Origin: Trichoplax sp. H2
Lineage: Eukaryota
Reading direction: 5' to 3'
NCBI GenBank assembly: GCA_003344405.1
Contig: NOWV01000132.1
Coordinates: 62,001-126,000, forward strand
Length of the DNA: 64,000 bases
Below are positions 25,392-37,551 of the stretch, piece by piece. Position 1 is the first letter of the stretch, and every line of letters starts with the position of its first letter. The notes below the pieces were generated by a model that searched no databases, was not told the DNA's origin, and worked only from the letters and a program-made list of their open reading frames with translations. The translations under genes were made by a program, and so were the position numbers.

Positions 25392-27287
25392 ATGACTACC
25401 TGGCAGAAAATTACCAATACTCTATATCAAGATGGCATTGATGGCGATAAAAGCTCAAAGAAAGTACAAACTCTAAAGTCTTCTTTTTATCCATCATGGA
25501 AAATCAACCGATATTTATTACTTTCCAAAGCAGTCTATTTCATCTATAGCTTTGCTGTTGGAGGTTTAAAGCCCTTCTTACCGATTTACTTTAAACAGCT
25601 GGGAATCAATGCCAAGCACTTAGGAATCTTAATGGGTTGTCGACCTCTGGCGGAAGCATTTAGTATCATGATATTTTCAATGATAGCTGATCGATTACAA
25701 TGTCATAAAACAATTTTAATCACAGCTTTATGTATGGGAGGACTATTAACCTTTGCATTTAATTTTATTCCCATTCCTAGCTTTTATTGCCCACCTGATA
25801 ATATAACTTCAGATATCATCCTCAATACTACCTTTACATCGGAGGCTTTCCAAGCGTCTCCAATGTATACAGTTGAAAATCCATACACTCTCACCAACGG
25901 CAGCTATAATGAAGGTTATTATTTTCGTCGATATGGCAGTATCATCGTTGATAATCCATATTTTACATATGATCATTATGATCTGCAAGAAAGTTTTATT
26001 TGCATATTAGTCATAATTATCATTTGTGAAATGATTGCAGCTCCGTCGTTAACTTTAGTCGATACCTATACGTTATATCAATTAGAGGATAAGAAAGTAG
26101 AATATGGTCGACAGCGTTGCTGGGCTGCTATAGGTATTGGAGCTGGCGAATTAATGTCGGGCTTAATTTTAGTCCATTCCATCATGACAATTGAAATTTG
26201 CGGCAAAATATACGTCATGGGCCATAATTATAACATTGCATTTTCCTTATATTTAATACTGATGAGCATTGCAGCTGTCATTGCGCTAAGATTTCAATTT
26301 TCAGAATCAGATAACCCTTCTTCAAGCCAAATTAATCGGCACGGTGATGATAGAAATACTACAGACAATACTGATCATGACGATGAAATATATCATGAAG
26401 ACAGCAACGGAATCGAAACTAAAAAGTTAATCAGACATTATTACCATCAATATAAAAATCGCTTACAAAATATTAATAAAGATTTTAGTGAGAGTGAATT
26501 AGATGATGATTCCGATGATGCAGTATTTAGTTATAGCACCGATTCCAATGATGAAATGGGAATGCTAGCAAAGTTGAAGGATAAACGATCTACTTCTCCA
26601 AATCAATATTCAAATGTATGGCAGCTCTTTACTTCACTTCGTTATGGTTCTACGTTGTGCATTAGCTTGTGTTTAGGTACTGCAATGGGTATATTAACAT
26701 CATTTATGTACTGGCATTTGCAAAGTTTAGGTGGAAGCACATTATTATTTGGCTGTATCGGGGTTACTATCCATATCGTTGAAGCCATATCATTTTTCTT
26801 GGCTCAAAATGCAATTTATTATTTAACTCATGTTGGAGTTATGGGTCTTTGCATATTTTTAACCGCTGTTGTTTGCATGTCGCTGGCATTTCTGCAAATT
26901 CTTTGGTTGGCTGTACCACTTGGTATTTTGATCGGTATGATAACAGCACTCTTTTTCGCTAGTGCTACATCCTATTTTAGCCAAGCAGCTCAAAAACACA
27001 GTATAAGCTCAGCACAAGGTATATTTCAAGCCGTTTACTGTGGTATCGGTTGCTCCATTGGCTCGGTTGTCGGTGGTATTGTTATAACCTATCATGGTGC
27101 AAGAAATTTATTTTTTGTAGCTGGTGCATTCTATACAATCATTTTTATGCTATTCATCTTGCTACAACTACTGATCCATCTATCAGAGCGTGGTACTCTA
27201 ACAGATATAAGGAAAAAAAAGGGGACAAATGACCCACCTAAAAGCTACTTTCGTCGAGTTAAAGCAACTCGATCTAGAACGTATTAA
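25392..27287 (+). CDS. MFSD6-like MFS transporter (paralog B), single coding exon, 631 aa
   Basis: Motifs KAVYFIYSFAVGGLKPFLPIYFKQLG, YGRQRCWAAIG, FMYWHLQSLGGS and SAQGIFQAVYCGIG; colinear with paralog A; long acidic central loop. Confidence 0.88.
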   Translation: MTTWQKITNTLYQDGIDGDKSSKKVQTLKSSFYPSWKINRYLLLSKAVYFIYSFAVGGLKPFLPIYFKQLGINAKHLGILMGCRPLAEAFSIMIFSMIADRLQCHKTILITALCMGGLLTFAFNFIPIPSFYCPPDNITSDIILNTTFTSEAFQASPMYTVENPYTLTNGSYNEGYYFRRYGSIIVDNPYFTYDHYDLQESFICILVIIIICEMIAAPSLTLVDTYTLYQLEDKKVEYGRQRCWAAIGIGAGELMSGLILVHSIMTIEICGKIYVMGHNYNIAFSLYLILMSIAAVIALRFQFSESDNPSSSQINRHGDDRNTTDNTDHDDEIYHEDSNGIETKKLIRHYYHQYKNRLQNINKDFSESELDDDSDDAVFSYSTDSNDEMGMLAKLKDKRSTSPNQYSNVWQLFTSLRYGSTLCISLCLGTAMGILTSFMYWHLQSLGGSTLLFGCIGVTIHIVEAISFFLAQNAIYYLTHVGVMGLCIFLTAVVCMSLAFLQILWLAVPLGILIGMITALFFASATSYFSQAAQKHSISSAQGIFQAVYCGIGCSIGSVVGGIVITYHGARNLFFVAGAFYTIIFMLFILLQLLIHLSERGTLTDIRKKKGTNDPPKSYFRRVKATRSRTY

Positions 27288-29330
27288 TTTCGCATCTATA
27301 GTGATAGACGTCTATTGTGTTTACGTATCATAATAATAAATGAGTCAAAATGTATAAAAATATTCTAAGGTAGATATACACGCAATTTAATAGAGGTAGG
27401 TGATCATGGTCGTCATAAAATCATTAGTTTTGCATTTATACCATCCCATATCTAGGAAAATATATAGTTAGAATGTTAAGGTAAATATTTCGAGATGGAT
27501 GCGCAGATAATTCTGTAGAAATGACAATAATTGTTTCGGAAAAAAGATAAATATTGTGCCTATGTTATTATCTACAATAAGGAATGGTAGTTAAGATATG
27601 AATATTAAGTAATTAAAATGGATATACTAGTATACTCACACATATAAATCAGTATAAAGATGATATTAAAATTATAAAGTGAGATTACTAAGTATTAATT
27701 ATTACTAACTATTAAGTACAAATGTTATCAACTGTTTAACCAGAATCGTTATTGCCATATTTTGAGTCCTCATCAAGAATAAAAATGCGATAAAGTCACA
27801 ATACTGTAGCGTATCATAATTGTCATAGTTAATAAATTTTAGGGGTATATTATCGATAAACTATCGACTACTCCATTTTGATAATCTTAGTAATTACAAG
27901 ATCAAAAAGTATTTAAGATCCAAAAGTAATCTGTAGATATTTAATATATAGCATTATTAAACGTCTTATAGTGTCTATATATTAGTTGGCTTACGGCAAT
28001 TATAAAGTAGAAGAGATCAAAATTATATTTGGCAACTTCAGCTACTATATTTGTCATAATACTATAGTAAAAGAATATGATGGAACACCATAGTTTATCC
28101 AGATGGTATTAAAATAAGAATTCATAACGTTTTTTTAATTCGCAAATTTGACTTTAATAAGTAAGTACTGTATTATAGCATTCTATAACTCCCTTGTGGC
28201 AAACAAAAAAGAGCATCTACGTTTACAGCATTTTCGATATGAAGGACTAAGAATCAAACTTATTATTCTAAAGATGTGGTATTTGCGATAGGTTAAAAGT
28301 TTTTATTTAGATAATAAAGTAATCCTATATTATATGCGTTGAATATTCAGAACATTCCTGTATTTTGAACGGTAACCAGTTTTATCATTCTTAGCACATA
28401 CAATATTAAGTTAATAAAATATCATCTGATATGAGCTTATAATCAATCAGACTAACCCATTAAATACAAAAAGTCTTCAAAAACAATCCTAATGTCTAGA
28501 GTATATTTTAGTACTCCTATATCTACTTAGAGTCTATTTTACCAACTTTTGACACACTCATGAGTTTATTAACATTCAAATATTGCTAGTAATCATTATT
28601 TTATATTATTTGATTATTACTTATTCGAAAGTATTCAACTTTTTCTGTATGAGTATATTCATGATGGAAAATTTTACGAATAATAGTTAATAAATTAAGA
28701 ATTAGTTAACCATAAATATATATCTGTAATTCACAATATAGCATAGTGTTCTGTCCATAGTACAGCACTATTTCATACAGCAGTTCAATTTAAATAGGCA
28801 GATAAATTACATTAGAAAGCGTTCAATAACATGTCTTATTAGACATATATTTAGTTCTAACTTTAGTCAGTAAAGTATACTTGAATAAAGCGAAAGAAGA
28901 CATTCCGGAACGTATAAAAATTACCAAGTATCTATTGGTCGATAGTACATACACATAGTTGTTGGAACATCCGTTAAGTGAACTAAAATAAGTCAATAAA
29001 TAATAATAATTGCAATATACTTATGACATATAGGTTTATATATGTGCTGCCCTTTATGAATTTTTAAAATAACATAAATATACATATGTGCGTATGCATG
29101 AATACTTGAAGTAAGTAACATATTTAGGTATGCATTAATACTGAAATAAATAGGGCTGAGATATGAAATATTGATATTATTAATAGAACTACGACAAAAT
29201 GGAAAGAATTTGCGACTGTATATCAGATATACGAGCTATAAATCGAGATAATAATAAAATATTGATTATGGTGCTAATTAAAATAGCAATTCTTTTAAAT
29301 CTTCGCCATATTGATTAGCCAGGTGCTGGT

Positions 29331-32300
29331 CTATTTTTCATTCATAGTAAAAGTGAATGCTGGGATGAATTTATTTATTTCTGTCCGATACTAAAGGATA
29401 AGAATTAGGCCTTCATTTTTAAGTATCTGATTAGTGAATCCAAATATTCCCTCAAGCATTCGTCATGTGATTATCCTAGCATAACCTATCATACGTAAGG
29501 AAACAGACAAATTGAGTAGCAATATATCGACTAATAAAGTATTAAAGTTGTTCTAAGACGCAGAATAGTCAAGTTGCTAACCTGTAAACGTGATCTTGAT
29601 TCAAAATTAGCTAAGCCATTAACGGTATATTGCTGATGATCTTTTGAGCAAACCTTTTGCCAATCCTAGCAATAATGACCATAAAAATTTAAACTCTGAT
29701 CAATATTCAGACAAGCTATTTCGAAAATGATACGATTCTATAATCATAACAAATAATCCATCACCTGATTAGGATTAATCTACATTTCTAATCTAGATAT
29801 GCTGACAAATCATACTTATATATATATACACTAAAATAAGAATAAAAATTCAACAAGTTCTGATAATTGTTTTTGTATTCATAGCATTATTCATCATAAA
29901 CTTACGGAAATAAATGGATGCTGTAGCGCTTGCATTGCTGTCAGCCTAGTTCTCATATTGACGGTTAACAGCTTTTTGACAAGTTCCTAGATTATATTTC
30001 AACGTCTTTAGTACAGAGACCATGAACTTAAACCAATCCATACTATAATTACATAGCACTAATATTGATGAAAGGATTAATTTAATTATTACACTTGGTT
30101 ACCTTTGCTTCAATGGAAATTGAAGCCCATCCGTGATATCGATACTGATTTATATGTTAAAAGAAAGATAAATAGGTAATTTTAACCTTAAGAACAATAC
30201 AGATTCAAACAAAATTTACATAAATTATTTTAAAACTTTGTAATATCTTTGATAGCCTTACACTGATTGAACCCCTTATAATATCCTCAAATAATACTTC
30301 TATATCATCATCCCAGTAAGGTGGATAACCCACCAATAAGGCATACAGGACAGCTCCTATTCATAATTATAAGAATGCCAGTCAGTATTAGTCTCGCTAT
30401 GCTAGAAATAATTTATCAGTTAATAGTTCAATTAGTATCAACCGCATCCCCATAAATCGATTGGTTTTCCATAAGGTTGATTTTGGATCATCTCTGGTGA
30501 TAGATATTTAAGCGTACCAGCAAAACCTTCAATTGAAAGATAGATTGGTCATTTTATCGAAAGTTTATAATTATTACACTCACCTAGTTCCCTGCCTTGG
30601 CTTATTTGAAAAAGTACTTATAGATTCTTTTACTAGTATAAGACTTATTAAATATTATTTTTGTAAATTATAAATTGTGGAGAAAAACGATTCTACAGCT
30701 TTACAACTGAAATGTTAGTTTACTTAGTTGCTCTTCTATATTAACATTTCAGCCTTGAAAGATATTTAAATCTACGCATATTAGAGAGTAATCTTCTTTC
30801 ATTGTTACTGTCGCTGATTACGATAGCAGTTTAAGTATTTAATTCCGATCATCTTTTATGCTGATATTAATTAATTATTTACCATGCCATTCTTGTATTT
30901 CTGGATGAACTTCAATAGCAAGCCCAAAATCAATTAATTTCACAGTTTCTTCACCATTACTACAGGAAATCATCAAATTCTTTGGCTACATAAAGCAAAT
31001 ATTATTAATTAGTTTCATAAGTTTTAAAACATAGAAGTAGAAAGATCAATACTTTCACTAAAAGGAGAATCATATAAACAGATGGACCTCATTTAATTTT
31101 TAATTATAACCGAACTATTTTTAAATTCTACATATAGAATTAAATTAATTTAAAAATTCAGATTACACCCATTTTAACGAAAAGATGCACTGTAAATGAT
31201 GAACTTACTTTAATATCCCGGTGGATAATGTTATTTTGATGGCAATGATTGACGGCTTTCAGAATTTGTCTAAAGTAAATGCTGATAATATAGAGCTACC
31301 ATTTGAATATATAATCGTCGAAATAGCTCGAAAGGAATAAATAATTCAGTTACTATATATATCTTATGATATTAGGCTACTATTGCAGAATTATATCAAC
31401 ATTGATTATAGAATTTTTGTTCAAATTGTAAGGATTGTAAATAATTTTCGATTTAATATATGTGTTAGACTTTTAGTATACTTAGCCGTGTCTAATACCG
31501 TAGCTAAATCGATCCTAATTCTGCTATTGGATATTATATATTGATGATAAATCGTTAACTAGCAAATTAAGCCTTGAAGAGATTCTTTAAATCGTACACA
31601 AAGTAATCGTATGTTTTACCTAGCATCACTCTCGGTATACATTTTTCGCTTAGAAATATGTTGGAACAGTTCACCATTTGTAACTCTAGATCGTACATAG
31701 AAGTGTTTAGTTTAGTAATAGGATTTAGCTATCTTAAAAATGAAGTCATAACAATATTCATTTACAGTGCATGGCTGGTAATGTAAAATAATAGATTTGG
31801 CGATTAATAATTTAAAATTTATTTATATTCCTTGCTTACAGTTCAAATATCATGCAATAGCTGTTATCGCCTTGGGTTAGTTCGTAGAAGCGAACTAATA
31901 TAGAAAAAGAATAGATATTACATTGATCATATTAAATGAGTAGCTCATATAGCGAAAATTAATACGATTCTGAAGATATTAGAAAGGAAAGTGACGCTGT
32001 GTTGTGGTTGCTAATTACAGAAAAACTTGATTAAATAGAGGGGAAGATACCTATATTACTCTAGATGAGTATAATACAAGTTTCACTAATACTTAAAACT
32101 CTATAGCAGAGAAGAGCCATATGTTCTGATATTACTGGCAGTTTCTAATATAGTATGATTAGCCGCACAATTTACCAATATTGGCATGATTCAACTTTCG
32201 ACATATCCTTACTTCCCGATGGATATTTTGTATATCTATCCAAAAAATAAAATTATCATCTGAATAAACCTGATAGTATAAATCTCTTAATGGTATGAAA

Positions 32301-34265
32301 GTAGAAATTAAATCGTTGAAGTATGATAGATTGACAGATCAAAATTGTAATCAGTACCATTTCTTTAAGCAACGAACTTCAATAAGAGTATTAAAATGAT
32401 CAGGCAAAAACTCATTTTATACTATACGCTTAGATAGCAGATTGTACTTTCGCGCATGAATATGCTAAGGTAATTATAATTAATTACTGGCTATAATAAT
32501 TAATCAGTCTACAGCATAACTTCTTCGTAAAGTAGATTTAAAATAGGTTAGAAACACAGTATCTCTTAAAGTTGCAAACTGCAGCAAGAGTGTTTTAGAA
32601 AGTATTGAAATAGGGCTTATTTCTACAAATAGTAAATGTCAATATTACGTTATGATTCCCTTGCAGGGTAGATAAAAAAATAGATTAGGAATACAACATC
32701 TTCGGTTTCTTTAAGCTACAAAAACAATAAGAGTAGTTTGGAAAGTATTGAAGTATGAATTTATTTCTACAAATAATAAATGTCAATATTACGCAGTGAT
32801 TCCTTTGCGGGGTAGATTAGAAAATAGATTAAAAATACGACATCTCTAGTTTCTTAAAGCTGCAACAGCAACGAGAGTAATTTGGAAAGTATTGAAATAT
32901 TTCTACAAATAGTAAGTTTTAACAATGCACTGTAAATCTTTCACAGGGTAAATTAAAGATCTACGTAATCTAGAAATAAGTAATAGACTACTGCTAAATC
33001 TTTCGGGAAAATTATAGCAGACAAGCGCTCACGTCTATACCGGCTAGCAATTGATTTTAATGCCTTACCTATCGTCAACTCCTTCCTAGACTACTATAAT
33101 TAAACAAGCATCTTCATTTAAAGTTACACCAAAATTGATTTAATGCATTGGGAAAACTCACAATTTATAATTAGCGTAGTAAACTGTTAAAGTTTCTCGT
33201 GGTGATTCTAACAAATCCATCATTACAATAATAAAGAAAGACTTTTATAGCTTCTAACCTTGTTGAGATGCAAATTTCGCGTTGATTATTTTAGCAGCAT
33301 AGTTTGTATTGTCTTGAGGATGTTGGCATTGATAAACTTCACTAAATGCACCCCTGCACGTATGTTAATTGAATTAAAATCAGCTGATAAAATGATATAT
33401 GCGTCTATTGAAGTAGGAATGATCATTTTCTATCTACTTGTCCATGGGGTTATGGTAATATACAGAAGAAATGAACTCTTAATATTCAATCTTAATACCT
33501 CTATAGTTTAGCTAGTATAAAATTACTCCACCATTACTTTAATATCAATCGTGATTGGATTTACACCATTTTTAATTATATTGTTGTTGAAAAGTATAAC
33601 ACTGTCTAATTGATTAAGGTAGGCTTGGACGATGATTTAGAACCGATCATTATTTGCGGTCTAAATGCCATAATAATCCGCGAGTTATCAGGCCTTTCTG
33701 TAGAAGCGAATGCTATCGTAAATTAAGACTGCAACGATAGATAATCAGTTTGGAAATGATAATGTATAAAAATTTGGATACACTTTAAGAATATAAAACT
33801 GAAAGTAAATATACTGAATAATATTGAAGATATGTAACGTTGTTACAGTCTCATTTTCAATTACGGGTTAATAGTACAAAATAAAAATTCTAAAAGGCAT
33901 TCATTTGCAAGGAGTTTATCGAGCATAGATAATTTTGTTTATACTATATCAATGAAGGATAGAGACTAGCCTACTCTAAGAAAAAAGAGATGTTAATTGG
34001 TAATTAATACTATAAAATAGCCGATAGATAGTTTTATTTTCATTATTCATTGCAAGTAAAGAAGTAGATTAACTATCGAGGAAAGTCAATATAATTTTAC
34101 AAACATGTTTTGCAATGGATGATGTATTGTGTCTGATTTTGCTATTAATGATAAACGAATGTTTTGACTATTACGATTTGAAGTTGAGTCGATTTATCAT
34201 CCGATAACTTTCAACTATCTTCGTAGTAAACGATACCTTCCAATTTTATCCTTGAATTGATACAT
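29331..34265 (-). CDS. Divergent CaMKII-like Ser/Thr kinase, about 308 aa, 13 exons, apparently without an association (hub) domain
   Basis: Exons 34265-34237, 33353-33259, 32235-32176, 31894-31840, 31685-31620, 31281-31209, 30985-30883, 30526-30443, 30356-30262, 30144-30103, 29986-29906, 29665-29582, 29390-29331 join in frame with no stops. Motifs: [83 protein letters not shown]. The start codon and last exon are less certain. Confidence 0.85.
32545..32955. repeat. Intronic tandem repeat, about 142 bp x3
   Basis: GAAAGTATTGAA...TATTTCTACAAATA at about 32598, 32741 and 32885. Confidence 0.8.
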
Positions 34266-36559
34266 ATTCTAACGGTTAATAGCCAATCCAAGATTAAGTT
34301 TACTCATCAGCCATGGTAATAAATTTAACACACCTGCATGAGAATCAACAATTTAATGACGATCGTTTCTTCTCATTACGATGATTCCTTTTCTTTGCAA
34401 GTTTATCTAGTTATAATCACGTGAATTAGTTCAAATATTAAATCCGGTCATAAGACTATTTTAAATGTTTAGCTGAACAAAAGATTGATTACTAGACTAG
34501 ATAATAGTAGGCAACAATAATTAAGTTGATACACTAGCAGACTTTATATCTAGACAATACAATATTATTATCTAATACGATGCATTGTCTCTCTTAAGGT
34601 GGCATGTTATCAAATCGAATAAATTGTTTTCTTTTATATTAATACATCTTTGTGATGAAACTGTTAAAATTTCTCTACTGATAAATAATCTATAATGGTG
34701 GACTATTTTAATCATTTCCAGGTAATATTTTGTGTAAAATAAGATGCAATGCGATTACAGCTATCGATAAAAATGATGGCATCATGAATAATCAGTAAAA
34801 TTCGATTCTATCTTTTAGGAGATAAGATAAATACGAGTAGCCTTAGTACAGTTTAGATATTTATCTTGTAATTTTATTGATCAAGATTGTTTATTTATTG
34901 GATGTATCATACAGCGGAATGGATGTTTTGTTTATCGTGGAGATTTTGACGTATTATGCGTGGTATAGATTGTACTTCAAGTTAATCAATGTATTTCTAT
35001 TATTTTATTCGGAGATGAATACTGCCACCTTATGCTAAAGAAATTACTATCGTTAGTAGACACTTTAATTCATTTCAGAATTACGTTATTTATAAAGCAG
35101 AGGCACACTGATTTGTTCCATCGATATTCTGCTTATATTGTAGTGTAGTGATCATCGGTTAAGAAAATGTGATAGAGTAATATCATTAGAATTAAAAAAA
35201 TTGTGTTAACAAAATAATCCTGTATTTTAGATGATATACTATAAATATCGTCCAATCCGGTGAGGCTTTATTCTATTTCATAATTATTAATAAACAATTA
35301 TTTATCTACTAAATTGATCAAGCACCGGATGGATATTTGTTCATGGTGATGGTTTTAATACAGTTTAATTGCGAGAAGAGAAGAGCATTGGCATCGTATT
35401 ACCAGGGGATGATTGTTATTATTACCGTTTGCTAAGAGTAGAGGCTCAATTTTTATAAGAACTTTCGCTAATAGCGGCGCACTTACACGTAGGGAGAGGC
35501 TGCTTTTATGTTACACTGATGTATAACAGTTTACTACTTGTCGCATTTTAATAACTGACCTATCGTGGATTCATAAGAACTAAGTAATAGGACAACAGTA
35601 CTAAATTTGTACACTATTTCAGTGGATGACAATATCATCAAATCTAATTCATTGTCAAAATGCAGGTTTTACCGAAATTTGTTATGGCAACGCTATTGGC
35701 TACTGGATCTATTCAATTTTCTTTCTTGGTTAGTGTTATTAACTCGCTATTACTAATTTATCGGAAGTGGATAGTTAAAATCATTTGGCGTTACACCCAT
35801 ACGTCTACAGTATATGAATATTACCATAATCAATAAGACAATTCTGGTGAAGAGAAGAACAGATTGTTATTTCTGATTTTATTACTAAGTGGATAATTCT
35901 GGTGAAGAGAAGAATAATTTTTAAGTTTTATAACATTGACGTACCGAATTAATTAATACTGAGCCTAGATCAAAACTCATTTCATGAATTAGACTCGCTA
36001 GAGTAATTTAGTATACAGAATTCTTATGACGCAATGCTGTATTTCCATCTTTTTTTCCAATATAACTAGAGTAATGGTCATTCTACTCCTACTGTACGTA
36101 TGTTGACTAGAATTTATGCTCATTATATAGCGGACGGCTTCAATCCAGCGCAAATGTTGAATTTTTACAATTGGTGAGGTCATGGATAGACACCGAGATG
36201 AATAAAAACTGTCGACTTTTGTATCTAGAATGACTAGAAATAATCATGAGCCATGCTTAATGGCTGTTACTGTAATTCAAAGTATATACTGTATCCAAGT
36301 CACTGCCAGGTTGTGCTTATTATTTAAAAGTATCCTGAAGTTTGCTTAATGGCTTTTACTGTAACTCATGCAGATAGATCTGTTTAAGAATGCATAAGTC
36401 AATGTATTATTTTTATCAACGATTACATAAGGTAGTCCATTTCATAGTAATCCCGTCAAATCGTCCATTTTATATTTAGAATGACACCAAAGGCAGATGT
36501 AGCAGAAAATTTAGGGACAAAATAGTTTAATTTAGGGCATGATCATTGACCCATTGCAT

Positions 36560-36708
36560 TTGCAGAGTTATACAGTATGATGAAATACTTTGGTATATAC
36601 TCGTATCTATATATATATATTGAAAAGTGTTACATGCACTTACTAACATATACAGTAATTTATCAGGATATATATACCAAAGTGTTTCATTATACTGTAT
36701 GACTGCAA
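36560..36708. mobile_element. MITE-like inverted repeat (about 38-bp arms)
   Basis: TATACAGTATGATGAAATACTTTGGTATATA pairs with TATATACCAAAGTGTTTCATTATACTGTATGA; outer TTGCAG/CTGCAA ends. Confidence 0.5.
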
Positions 36709-37247
36709 AGGGACTAAAGCAAGTTGGTTTTATTTCTCTATAGTGAATAATCTTTTTAATATATAATATATATCTATATATGAGTATATCACTTATATAT
36801 CTATATACGCGTATATATTATGGATACTATATTATATACGACGAGTATATATATATAATTAACCTTGGTTTTAATGATTCTAGTCCAACGTCTATAATAT
36901 GATCATTGATTGAGGCACTATGGACTTGTTACAATTTCCTCTTATTTCGTCTAGCCATATTAGAACAGTATATTGCTTACTGTATACTATCGCACGCGAA
37001 GTATAACGAGCGAGGGATCTATCGTACTTATTAAAAGTCCCTGGTCAGACACCTACCTCTATCTCAGGGACTTGTAATAAAGAACAAATTGTGAAAAGTT
37101 TCAGATCTCGACGCTTACTATATGTTAACATACTGTAAAGGACAGCATTATCCGACCATGGACTCCCCCCTACTGGACTATATTGGGTTTTTCTACTTAA
37201 CGGTAGTGTGGTCCTTTAAGTGACTTGCTGGTCCTGAACTGGACCAT

Positions 37248-37385
37248 ATGACGTCATGGTCTACAGTACTTATCACTGTACTTACAGTGCTGACCAATAC
37301 AGTACTGTAGACGGTAGATGACGTTACCATCGCGGTATGACGTAGACGTCGACAGCAAATTCAAATCTTGAGCCTCCATTTTAAC
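37248..37385 (+). promoter_or_regulatory. Probable lunapark promoter with three CRE/ATF-like sites
   Basis: Perfect ATGACGTCAT at 37248-37257, TGACGTTA at about 37319, TGACGTAG at about 37338, and a YY1-like CCATTTT at about 37376, all 170-300 bp upstream of the ATG. Confidence 0.5.
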
Positions 37386-37551
37386 GCCATCGATTTGTTC
37401 AAGAGTGGATATTATTGCCTTTTCCTGGCTGATTCGACAGCATTTTCCTCCTTTTTCCTTGATGATTATGTTGTTGACTTGTTATTTCTACTAGTAGTCG
37501 TGTTAGATTGCTATTTTTACTGGTAAGACCATCGGACTCGATCGATTCAAC

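Noticed and set aside
33260..33511. 83-aa plus-strand ORF
   Set aside because: Antisense to kinase exon 2; TTG start; no motif.
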